Origin: an uncultured Eubacteriales bacterium
GTDB taxonomy: Bacteria; Bacillota; Clostridia; Oscillospirales; UBA644
Direction: 5' to 3'
NCBI GenBank assembly: GCA_905207625.1
Contig: CAJLLT010000002.1
Location: forward strand, 25,536-89,535
Length of the DNA stretch: 64,000 bases
Made by a program: the position numbers and the translations under genes. Shown here piece by piece: positions 1 to 6,865 of this stretch (position 1 is the first letter of the stretch; every line of letters starts with the position of its first letter). The notes below the pieces were generated by a model that made no database searches, was not told the DNA's origin, and worked only from the letters and a program-made list of their open reading frames with translations.

Positions 1-236
1 TCCACACGCTGAAGAGGCTGGGTCATGAAGGAGCGCCCGATGGTGATGGGATAATAGACGATGGGCTTTTTCTCCACGATATTATTCACATATTCGGTGG
101 CAAGTCCGCTCCTGGTGGCAATTTCGGTAATGATTTCGCTGTCATAGTAGGCTATACCCAGCATTTCTGCCAGGCGTTTGCCCAATTCCCGTCCGCCGCT
201 GCCGAATTGACGGTTGATCGTGATGATTCTTCCCAT
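1..236 (-). CDS. cytidylate kinase-like family protein, N-terminal 78 aa only (gene runs off the left edge)
   Basis: My own minus-strand translation from the ATG at 234-236 gives MGRIITINRQFGSGGRELGKRLAEMLGIAYYDSEIITEIATRSGL... The GSGGR P-loop-like N-terminus is typical of this family. An AAAGGGGGG SD lies just upstream. The ORF is absent from the track because it is truncated. Confidence 0.55.
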   Translation of the reverse strand, partial: MGRIITINRQFGSGGRELGKRLAEMLGIAYYDSEIITEIATRSGLATEYVNNIVEKKPIVYYPITIGRSFMTQPLQRV

Positions 237-289
237 AAGAACCCCCCTTTTCCAATATTTTATGATTTCAATAGCAGAGCCTCCGCCTT

Positions 290-1597
290 TCAGTAGGGCA
301 ACAGGCCGAAATCCATTTTCAGTCCGAGGATGCGCCTTAGACTTTCATTTATGCGCTCTTCCGAAAGCCTCCCGGTTTCAAGGGCCTGTTCCACTCCGGC
401 CACCGCCGCCTGAAAATCCCGGGGCATTAAAAGGATGTCCGCCCCGGCTTCTATAGCGCACACGGCAGCCTCGCCGTCATCAAACTGCTGGGTGATAGCA
501 CTCATATTCAGAGCGTCGGTGAGGATCACTCCCTGAAAGCCCATCTGCTCCCGCAAAAGCTCCGTGAGAATGGTTCTTGAAAGACTGGCGGGCCGTTCGT
601 CTCCGGTCACTGCGGGCAGAGAAATATGCCCGACCATGATTGCAAAGCATCCCTCCGAAATTGCGTTCCGGAAGGGCAGAAGCTCGCATTCTTCAAGTTC
701 TGCAAGGGTCTTGTTCACATAGGCGGTCTGCGTGTGAGAATCTTCTGCAGTATCGCCATGTCCCGGAAAATGCTTGAAAGTGGGACAGACACCGTTGCTT
801 TCCAGCCCCTTTGCAAGGGCAATGCTCATATCGGATACCAGCTTGGGGTCACTGCCGAAGGAACGGTTGCCGATGACCGTGTTTTCCGGATTGGTCCACA
901 CATCCGCCACCGGCGCAAAATCCATATTGAATCCATAGTCTGACAGATACTTGCCGATCTTCCATCCGGCTTCAAACGCCTGCTGGGTCTGCTCGGTCTG
1001 GCCCACCTCAAACATGGGTGGCGTCGAAGGTACGGAAAATGCCGGATGATTTCCGATCCGTGCCACCCGTCCCCCTTCTTCATCCAAAGCAAGGAGCAAG
1101 GGCACGGAAGAGCATTCCTGCAAATCCTTCAAAAAGTTGGTCGTTCCCTCCGGATCAGACAGGTTGTCCTTAAAAAAAACCAATCCCCCCACCGGATAGT
1201 CCTTCAAGCCGGCGGCAACCCCCGCATCCAGAGCCGAAGCGGGAGACAAAGACCCCTTCAGCGCTTCCGGAACCACTACAAAAAGTTGACAGATTTTTTC
1301 ATGCAATGTCATTTTGGAAAGAAGCTTTTCCGCTTTTTCCTCCTTTGAGTCTTCCGAAGAAAAGGAGCCGGGGGAGAAGTCGGAAGGGATAGAAATACCG
1401 GACACAACGGAAGGCTCGGATGCCGCAGAAGGTTCGGTCTCTCTGTCCGTTGAGCCTCCCGTAACCCCGTTGCTGTTCTCTGAAGAGTTACCCTTTGAGC
1501 CGTCCGGACCCTGGTTTGCGGTCTTGGCACAGCCCAAAAGCAAAATTCCGCACAGCGTGCACAGGCCGATCGTTTGAAACACTTTTCTGATACTCAA
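290..1597 (-). CDS. glycoside hydrolase family 3 lipoprotein (beta-N-acetylhexosaminidase, NagZ-like)
   Basis: 435 aa. Lipobox LLLGC follows a signal peptide. GH3 N-domain motifs are present: LDEEGGRVARIG, MDFAPVADV, KHFPGHGDT. Confidence 0.85.
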   Translation of the reverse strand: MSIRKVFQTIGLCTLCGILLLGCAKTANQGPDGSKGNSSENSNGVTGGSTDRETEPSAASEPSVVSGISIPSDFSPGSFSSEDSKEEKAEKLLSKMTLHEKICQLFVVVPEALKGSLSPASALDAGVAAGLKDYPVGGLVFFKDNLSDPEGTTNFLKDLQECSSVPLLLALDEEGGRVARIGNHPAFSVPSTPPMFEVGQTEQTQQAFEAGWKIGKYLSDYGFNMDFAPVADVWTNPENTVIGNRSFGSDPKLVSDMSIALAKGLESNGVCPTFKHFPGHGDTAEDSHTQTAYVNKTLAELEECELLPFRNAISEGCFAIMVGHISLPAVTGDERPASLSRTILTELLREQMGFQGVILTDALNMSAITQQFDDGEAAVCAIEAGADILLMPRDFQAAVAGVEQALETGRLSEERINESLRRILGLKMDFGLLPY

Positions 1598-1777
1598 AAT
1601 CTGTATCTCCTTATAAGGCTTTTCGGTTTTTATTTATAAGGTTATAAGAATTTTCCATTTTTATTTTAGCATATTTTGCATGAGAAATCAACCAAAAACA
1701 GTCCCTGCTTTGCAAAAAATATTTTTGAGGCGCAGAGAGAACGGAGCAGAGCCGATTTTTAATTGCTTTTCGGAAAA

Positions 1778-1832
1778 ATCAAAACACCATTGCCACTCGA
1801 ACTTTGAGAGTTCGGATTTCAATGGTGTTTTT
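1778..1832. terminator. bidirectional intrinsic-terminator-like hairpin
   Basis: AAAACACCATT(1781-1791)...AATGGTGTTTT(1821-1831), with an inner CGAACT/AGTTCG stem. The outer stem is flanked by an A-run and a T-run. It lies downstream of the minus-strand gene that ends at 1966. Confidence 0.5.
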
Positions 1833-1965
1833 ACTGGACACAACCGGAAAGGGCGAAGCAGGGCGGGTAAATGCTCTGTCGTTGTCCTTCCATACCTGCC
1901 GGGAGGATGTGCCTCGCTCCCGTTTTCAGAGACGGATTCCGCCATTCCGTTGAAAGGTCGATTTC

Positions 1966-2607
1966 CTAATATCCTATTGCAATACAGCAATCGTCTCTGC
2001 ATACGGGAGTATCTTTAACATACCCAACAAACGAAAACATATATGTTTCACCCGATGAAGCCTGGAAGCCGTTACCCAGTACAATAGAGAAAGGGCTGTT
2101 GTCGTTTGGCAGATCCACAACTATATTCCGCATGACTTCCGTATAGCTGCCATCCGCATTTTTTCTGCTTATGGTAAGAGTAACTGCCTCAACCTTTTCA
2201 TACCGCAAGGTTATAGCGGCATCGGTAATCCAACCCGCCTCGAAAACCTTTTCGGAAAGGTCGGCATCAAGGGCACAGACCGTCGTGTCAATACAGTCAA
2301 ATTCTGCCGTTACACTCTTGGCTGTCGGATTCGAGCTTGACGAAACACCCGGCAAAAGCTCCACTCTGAATGCGCTCCGTCCGCCAACGCTGGTGATGGG
2401 CAACGGAGAATAAAGCTCTGACATGAATCCGCCGCTTGCTAACGGGGAAACGGTAATACATCCGTTGTTGCTGTAATACCGGATTCCGTCAATCTCAGCA
2501 TACGAGCCGTCAGGAAATCCGCCGTCAACCGACAGCTTGATTGCGTAGATGTCATCTTCATATGCCGTATTGACAGTAGGCGTACTGCTTTTGACCGTAA
2601 GATTCAT
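1966..2607 (-). CDS. hypothetical protein (no signal peptide, Cys-rich C-terminus ...CRDDCCIAIGY); possibly a fragment
   Basis: 213-aa ORF with no motif I recognise. There is no convincing SD upstream of the ATG at 2607. It is the last gene of the accessory block. Confidence 0.4.
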   Translation of the reverse strand: MNLTVKSSTPTVNTAYEDDIYAIKLSVDGGFPDGSYAEIDGIRYYSNNGCITVSPLASGGFMSELYSPLPITSVGGRSAFRVELLPGVSSSSNPTAKSVTAEFDCIDTTVCALDADLSEKVFEAGWITDAAITLRYEKVEAVTLTISRKNADGSYTEVMRNIVVDLPNDNSPFSIVLGNGFQASSGETYMFSFVGYVKDTPVCRDDCCIAIGY

Positions 2608-2661
2608 CGTACGGTCGGGTGGCTGTGTGCGACGGCAGTTCGGCAGACAGAAATTGACAAT

Positions 2662-3141
2662 TTACTTTTGATTATAAAGTTCTATCAACCTATTTACTTC
2701 GTTGAGTATTTCTGTAGAACTGCCAACATATACAACACCGACAGCTGCCAGTCTACTTTTTATAAAGCATATCTCGCTTGTTGTTGATAACTGAAAATAA
2801 TACGATAAATCATATCTTTCCTTATCTTCGTGCACAAATGAAACCGTACATAAAAGGTCAAAATCAGCAGGTAAATCGTTGCTTTCGTGTGATTTTGTCA
2901 AAACAAGCTTATTGACCATATCAAACAATGCAGTCATATCATCGCAACCATAGATTGTCGCATAAGTCGTTGAATATCGGGACAGTTTTAAGTAATCAAT
3001 ATGATAATCGCTCAAAGAGCGTTCATTATCATTCCCAAATATACGCCACTCGTCCGGCGTGCCATCTTTTGTAATTTTACAACCCGTAATAGAAAGGCAA
3101 GCAATCAAGACAATAGTTATACAGAAAAATGCTTTTTTCAT
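2662..3141 (-). CDS. hypothetical lipoprotein
   Basis: 159 aa. The N-terminus MKKAFFCITIVLIACLSITGC is a signal peptide plus lipobox. A GGGAGGTG SD lies upstream. The gene is markedly AT-rich compared with its neighbours. Confidence 0.6.
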   Translation of the reverse strand: MKKAFFCITIVLIACLSITGCKITKDGTPDEWRIFGNDNERSLSDYHIDYLKLSRYSTTYATIYGCDDMTALFDMVNKLVLTKSHESNDLPADFDLLCTVSFVHEDKERYDLSYYFQLSTTSEICFIKSRLAAVGVVYVGSSTEILNEVNRLIELYNQK

Positions 3142-3212
3142 GACAATAGACGAGCACCTCCCGGAATATCAGTTTATCGCTCTTTTTACCATTAAAGTAA
3201 TTCGGCTTAATT

Positions 3213-3509
3213 TCAGTATCCGCGTGCCACCGTTGATGCAAGAAAAAGAGACAACAAGAATACTCCGAATGTAATTCCAAAAATGATATGACCTGCCACC
3301 TGTAACTTCTTATAATTTGAGTACTTCAAGCAAGCCACGGAAACGATAACAGAGACTGCAATCAATGCAATCGAAACGGGAAACATAAAGCCAAATACAT
3401 CAGCGTTTATGTTTTCATACATACTGTGATAAAAATCAACTTGCACGATCACATCAGGGTTGTCTTTGCTGGGAAGATGACCCACCCCGTGAAAAACTTT
3501 ACAAACCAC
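3213..3509 (-). CDS. small membrane protein (GTG-start ORF with two C-terminal TM helices); may be the 3' part of a frameshifted gene
   Basis: 98-aa ORF with hydrophobic segments FGFMFPVSIALIAVSVIVSVA and IIFGITFGVFLLSLFLAS. It has no SD of its own. Its 5' end overlaps the 41-aa ORF at 3449-3574. Confidence 0.4.
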   Translation of the reverse strand: MVCKVFHGVGHLPSKDNPDVIVQVDFYHSMYENINADVFGFMFPVSIALIAVSVIVSVACLKYSNYKKLQVAGHIIFGITFGVFLLSLFLASTVARGY

Positions 3510-3574
3510 ATTGGGCTCAATCCGAGAGACACCAAAACCTCTCCGATGTTTATTAGTTTTGCTTTGTTCTTCAT
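3449..3574 (-). CDS. 41-aa hydrophobic peptide ORF with its own promoter and SD (or the 5' part of a frameshifted gene)
   Basis: My own translation gives MKNKAKLINIGEVLVSLGLSPMWFVKFFTGWVIFPAKTTLM*. An AAGGAG SD lies 7 nt upstream of the ATG at 3574. The ORF is too short for the supplied track. Confidence 0.4.
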   Translation of the reverse strand: MKNKAKLINIGEVLVSLGLSPMWFVKFFTGWVIFPAKTTLM

Positions 3575-3611
3575 GGTATGATCTCCTTGAACTTAGATTT
3601 ATCGATGTCTT

Positions 3612-3640
3612 ATTATACCATAAATCTTCCCGTTTTTCAA
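3612..3640 (-). promoter_or_regulatory. sigma-A type promoter for the AT-rich block
   Basis: On the minus strand: TTGAAA (plus 3635-3640), a 17-nt spacer, then TATAAT (plus 3612-3617). Confidence 0.6.
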
Positions 3641-3650
3641 CTGTTTCCGC

Positions 3651-4796
3651 TTACATTCCGCCCATGCCCTGATCCATGTCCTGCAGGACATCCTCCAAGG
3701 TATAGCCTTCTTCCATGCAGACAAAGCCGAGTCCTTCCACAAATTCGCCTTCATTGTTTTCGGCTATTGATTCACCATAGCCCGCGTAATCAAAAAACTC
3801 GTCAATTTCATAAGGCAAGGAACAATCCAGCTTGTTTTCCAGCCACCATGCGCCGAGGTTATTTGCGTCCCGCACACCCGGAGCATACTCGAAAAGCTCC
3901 ATCGATTCCGCAATCCGGCACACTTCGCAGGAGGTGTTGGCGTTTGCATACAGTACGGCTACCGTAAGTTTGTCCAGGTCCCGGTCAGGTATTTTTGCGG
4001 CAGCATGGCATACCTCGTTGAACGCCTCCAAGCCCTCGTCGTTCAGAATACGGTCCATCACTTCGGAGAGCGGTTTCCCGAATCGGCTGCAGCTCATTTG
4101 AATGTGGCAATCGTCGAGGCTGTCTGCGCCCAACCGTTCCAATGCAAATTCGATGGAGGATTGCTCACACGGAGGATAGACGAATTCCGTTCTTCCTCCG
4201 TGACAGATTGCCACACTGGATTCCTCGGGACCGCCACAGAGATATTCGGGGAAGGTGATGCCGTCGTAGACTTCCTCCCACGGCACTTCATCGTTGATGA
4301 ACATCAGACCGTAGTCGGTCCAGATGCCGCGCTTGCTGTTCAGCAGGGCGCGACCTTCTTCGGCTCGTTTGGGATCGCGGTATTCCTCGTTGGAACAGCA
4401 CCCGCCGTGAATATCCATGTAGTGTTCGACTCCTACCGTTTGCATATCCGAGATGTTCTGAATCAGCGTGATCCTGCCGAGATTGAAAGTGTAGTTGATC
4501 AGCTGCCTGAGGTCCTGTGTATCAAAGCGGGATGCCGCCGCAAGCAGTTTTCCCATCTCGGTTCCGTCAAAGCTGTCCATCCGTTTGGCGAGGTAGTTCA
4601 GCTCATGGATATTTGCGTAAGTACCTTCCATGGATTTCAGTCCTTTGGGACCAACGAGATTATTGATGAAGACCGTAGCTTTGTGTCCGATCTCGTTCTG
4701 TTCCGTCAGTCGCATGATCTCATCATCGGAACATGGAAATGATACGGTTTCAATATGGTTTCCGCCTGTCAAAAGGGTTGCTTTGATCTGTGTCAT
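3651..4796 (-). CDS. acidic ArdA-like (antirestriction-like) protein with ...GMGGM tail
   Basis: 381 aa and very acidic. The segments ANIHELNYLAKRMDSF...LLAAAS and EIDEFFDYAGYGESIAENNEGEFVEGLGFV resemble, as I remember them, the ELNxL and Y(I/F)DYxxYGRD regions of Tn916-type ArdA. The ATG directly abuts the upstream stop codon. Confidence 0.45.
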   Translation of the reverse strand: MTQIKATLLTGGNHIETVSFPCSDDEIMRLTEQNEIGHKATVFINNLVGPKGLKSMEGTYANIHELNYLAKRMDSFDGTEMGKLLAAASRFDTQDLRQLINYTFNLGRITLIQNISDMQTVGVEHYMDIHGGCCSNEEYRDPKRAEEGRALLNSKRGIWTDYGLMFINDEVPWEEVYDGITFPEYLCGGPEESSVAICHGGRTEFVYPPCEQSSIEFALERLGADSLDDCHIQMSCSRFGKPLSEVMDRILNDEGLEAFNEVCHAAAKIPDRDLDKLTVAVLYANANTSCEVCRIAESMELFEYAPGVRDANNLGAWWLENKLDCSLPYEIDEFFDYAGYGESIAENNEGEFVEGLGFVCMEEGYTLEDVLQDMDQGMGGM

Positions 4797-5657
4797 TTAC
4801 ATTCCTCCCATCGTCATGCCGTGGGTATGCGGCATTTCACTGAATTCATCCGAATTGCGGACAAAGTAGCTGTCGCCGCTGTTCCAGAAGTGGACATTCA
4901 TAATGCCGTCCGGAATCCTGATATCCTGCTGTTCGGCTCCTTCGCCAAGCCCGTCCGAATTCTGACCGGTGATGAATTCCTTGAGTTCCGCTTCTTCATC
5001 TTCTGTCAGCGGCTCGGTCAGCGTTGCACGCACTCTGCCGAAGAGGACTCCGTCAAAGCTCTCAAAATCCCATTTCAGCGACTTGATCTTTGCGACCGCC
5101 GAATTGCTCCCGTCAAAGTATTCCGCCATGTCGGTGTCGTCACTTGCGGTGTAGGCATCAAACATGGCTTTGATTTCATCGGCATAATTATCCGCAAATC
5201 TGCCGTCAAGCTCGCAGTCGGAATCGTAGTCAAGGTCGCCGTATTCGTTGTATTCATAGACCGAGACCGTCAGAGGAAAATAGTAATCCTCGGCCACATA
5301 CTTCAGCTGAAAGTCCATGACCTTGTGGCAGAGAGAAGAAAGATTGTTCGGGGGATTCTGCGACAGCTCCGCCTTCAGTTTTTCCTTCTGCGCTTGAGGC
5401 AATTCCCGATAGAGATCGAGCGCTGTGTTGACGCTGCCGAGGCTGTCTTTGGGTGTAACCAGCGCCGTGAGTTCATTTTCAAAGTCACTCTCGCCGAAGA
5501 GCTTCACTTTGATATAGTCTTCTTCCTCGTCCGAGCAGGGGATGATGTATGCCGGAGTTCTGACACCGATCCGACTCAAAGAGCCTGCAAGCTCCATTCG
5601 GGAGGTCGGCAGTTCAAGGACGGCGGTCTGATCGTTTCTTGTGATGATTGCTTTCAT
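4797..5657 (-). CDS. acidic hypothetical protein with ...GMTMGGM tail (mobile-element-type)
   Basis: I chose the start MKAIITRNDQ... (ATG at 5657) because an AAAGGAAAAAA SD lies upstream of it. The track ORF extends to 5765. The protein is 286 aa and D/E-rich. Its final codons, ATG GGA GGA ATG, form the SD for the next gene. Confidence 0.55.
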   Translation of the reverse strand: MKAIITRNDQTAVLELPTSRMELAGSLSRIGVRTPAYIIPCSDEEEDYIKVKLFGESDFENELTALVTPKDSLGSVNTALDLYRELPQAQKEKLKAELSQNPPNNLSSLCHKVMDFQLKYVAEDYYFPLTVSVYEYNEYGDLDYDSDCELDGRFADNYADEIKAMFDAYTASDDTDMAEYFDGSNSAVAKIKSLKWDFESFDGVLFGRVRATLTEPLTEDEEAELKEFITGQNSDGLGEGAEQQDIRIPDGIMNVHFWNSGDSYFVRNSDEFSEMPHTHGMTMGGM

Positions 5658-5877
5658 GTTCGTTTTTTCCTTTCGTATAGAATTCATAGATTTCTTTGTC
5701 GTTTTCATTGAGGACGGGGGAGCGCGTGCGAATCTTATCTTCCAGGCAGCAGCACCGGACGGCACGGCATTTCCTGCGCCTGTAGTACAGGCAGTAGCGG
5801 CAGTCGCAATCTTCTTTTTTATATATAAATGTAACCGATGACGAGCCTCCTTTCAGGCAGACACAAATATTTAACAA
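5614..5877 (-). CDS. Cys-rich small protein (CDCRYCLYYRRRKCRAVRCCC), start uncertain; possibly 5'-degraded
   Basis: The 87-aa track ORF starts at a TTG with no SD. An internal AAAGGAGG is not followed by an in-frame ATG, GTG or TTG. It overlaps the next gene by 44 nt. Eight Cys fall within 21 residues. Confidence 0.35.
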   Translation of the reverse strand: MLNICVCLKGGSSSVTFIYKKEDCDCRYCLYYRRRKCRAVRCCCLEDKIRTRSPVLNENDKEIYEFYTKGKNEHESNHHKKRSDRRP

Positions 5878-5880
5878 ACA

Positions 5881-5948
5881 AAAATACGAAAAAAGGGCAG
5901 AAGGTGCGCAAAAAGCTTTCGCTACGCGAAAGGTCGCACTTTCTGCCC
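5881..5948 (-). terminator. long intrinsic terminator
   Basis: The minus-strand stem is GGGCAGAAAGTGCG...CGCACCTTCTGCCC, with an inner CTTTCGC/GCGAAAG hairpin. It is followed by TTTTTTCGTATTTTT. Confidence 0.6.
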
Positions 5949-6084
5949 TTAAAAATGGGTACTACGCTTTCACCGCAGGCGAAAGCTGTTCAATATCCTG
6001 CAGGGAGCCGTTTTTTTGAAATGATATCTTTTTTTCTGCACTCTATATTCGCAAATCTCATGGTTGCGAAAAAGCGAGGAAACG

Positions 6085-6133
6085 CGAGAAAAACCCCCGA
6101 AATCAAACGACCGTAGATCGTAAGATTTCGGGG
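6085..6133 (-). terminator. intrinsic-terminator-like hairpin
   Basis: On the minus strand, CCCCGAAATC (20-nt loop) GATTTCGGGG is followed by GTTTTTCTC. Confidence 0.45.
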
Positions 6134-6169
6134 ACTCGAAGCCATGATATCTTTTTTGGCTTCACTATA

Positions 6170-6195
6170 TGGCTGCGGTACTCGGATTCTGAACC
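6170..6195 (-). other. tRNA-like 3' fragment (degenerate T-arm/acceptor/CCA); not a functional tRNA
   Basis: The minus strand reads GGTTCAGAATCCGAGTACCGCAGCCA. The bona fide tRNA-Gln 3' end is GGTTCGAATCCCTATTCCGCTGCCA, about 20 of 26 positions identical. No matching 5' acceptor strand is present. Confidence 0.4.
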
Positions 6196-6229
6196 TACTC
6201 AAGCCCTTGCGGGCTTGAGTAGGTTCAGA
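6188..6229. repeat. perfect 19-bp inverted repeat with 4-nt loop
   Basis: TCTGAACCTACTCAAGCCC (6188-6206), ttgc, GGGCTTGAGTAGGTTCAGA (6211-6229). I verified this base by base. Neither side has a T-run. Confidence 0.9.
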
Positions 6230-6244
6230 TTCGATCGTGTCGAT

Positions 6245-6280
6245 AATCAAAACAAAAAGAGCATCCGATGGATGCTCTTT
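6245..6280 (-). terminator. intrinsic terminator of tRNA-Gln
   Basis: On the minus strand, AAGAGCATCC atc GGATGCTCTT is followed by TTTGTTTTG, immediately 3' of the tRNA. Confidence 0.75.
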
Positions 6281-6285
6281 CTTCT

Positions 6286-6358
6286 TGGCAGCGGAATAGG
6301 GATTCGAACCCCAACAAACAGAGTCAGAGTCTGTCGTGCTACCTTTACACAATTCCGC
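6286..6358 (-). tRNA. tRNA-Gln (anticodon CUG), CCA encoded
   Basis: Reverse complement: GCGGAATTGTGTAAAGGTAGCACGACAGACTCTGACTCTGTTTGTTGGGGTTCGAATCCCTATTCCGCTGCCA. The acceptor is GCGGAAT/ATTCCGC. The anticodon stem ACAGA/TCTGT carries the loop CT-CTG-AC. The T-loop is GGTTCGAATCC. Confidence 0.9.
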
Positions 6359-6454
6359 TATCTGTATATGCGCTCAAACGGAACGCATATATTATTATAC
6401 TCATTTTTCCAGGTTTGTCAATACGGTATCGCTTTTGTTCACTTTTTTTTCAAA

Positions 6455-6847
6455 CTATTTGTATACGCGCACATATCCTTCCCCGTTACCTGAGGTTTTA
6501 TTCCCCGGTTTTTTACTATGGCGGAGGAAAGATATCTGACGGATAACAAATACCACCATTCCGACGATCAGTCCGTTTATGACAAACGATCCGGCAGCCC
6601 GGAACCAGTCTACCTGATACGCAAACATTCCGCTGAAGGGCTGTATGACCATGTATCTCGGAAATTTATCCGGTAAAAAGACAGTGCTTGTAAACTGATT
6701 CAGAAAGGGAAAAGGAAAGCCGTAATTGAGATCTGTCATCTCCTGTGCCGTACCGACCCATTTCGGCATACATACGCTGCCCGCCGTCAGAACAGCCGCC
6801 CCTGCGGCTATAAGCAGAACATAAAGCCATTTCCTCGGTTTTTTCAC
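6455..6847 (-). CDS. hypothetical membrane protein
   Basis: 130 aa, with a GTG start preceded by GGGGAGGGA. It has an N-terminal TM (WLYVLLIAAGAAVLTAG) and a second TM (GSFVINGLIVGMVVFVI). Confidence 0.6.
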   Translation of the reverse strand: MKKPRKWLYVLLIAAGAAVLTAGSVCMPKWVGTAQEMTDLNYGFPFPFLNQFTSTVFLPDKFPRYMVIQPFSGMFAYQVDWFRAAGSFVINGLIVGMVVFVIRQISFLRHSKKPGNKTSGNGEGYVRVYK

Positions 6848-6865
6848 AATATTCCCTCCCCGGGA

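Larger units (their letters stand above)
1966..6229 (-). mobile_element. probable decayed integrative/conjugative-element remnant adjacent to tRNA-Gln (no integrase or transfer genes left)
   Basis: The block holds ArdA-like and Cys-rich mobile-element-type genes and an AT-rich sub-block. It also holds a tRNA-like 3' fragment and the palindrome, both next to a tRNA 3' end. Core genes flank it (GH3 on the left; tRNA and prfA on the right). The boundaries are approximate. Confidence 0.4.

Noticed and set aside
5881-6229. The idea that the long hairpins upstream of the ArdA-like genes are single-strand promoters (Frpo/ssi-type), as found in plasmid leading regions.
   Set aside because: I could not find -35 or -10 hexamers embedded in the stems. 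Two of the hairpins have T-runs typical of terminators facing the genes. The idea has no support beyond the context.
6170-6253. A possible second tRNA gene (class II, or carrying an insertion) next to tRNA-Gln.
   Set aside because: The T-arm-like stem does not pair (GTAGG versus CCGAG). The T-loop has an extra base. There is no 5' acceptor strand complementary to TACCGCA anywhere within 120 nt. The 19-bp hairpin does not fit an anticodon arm or a variable arm. I kept it only as a tRNA-like fragment.
5838-6546. Track ORFs of 92-120 aa overlapping the tRNA-Gln region (5838-6116, 5990-6352, 6215-6493, 6268-6546).
   Set aside because: They run through a tRNA gene and terminator hairpins, have no SD, and have odd composition.
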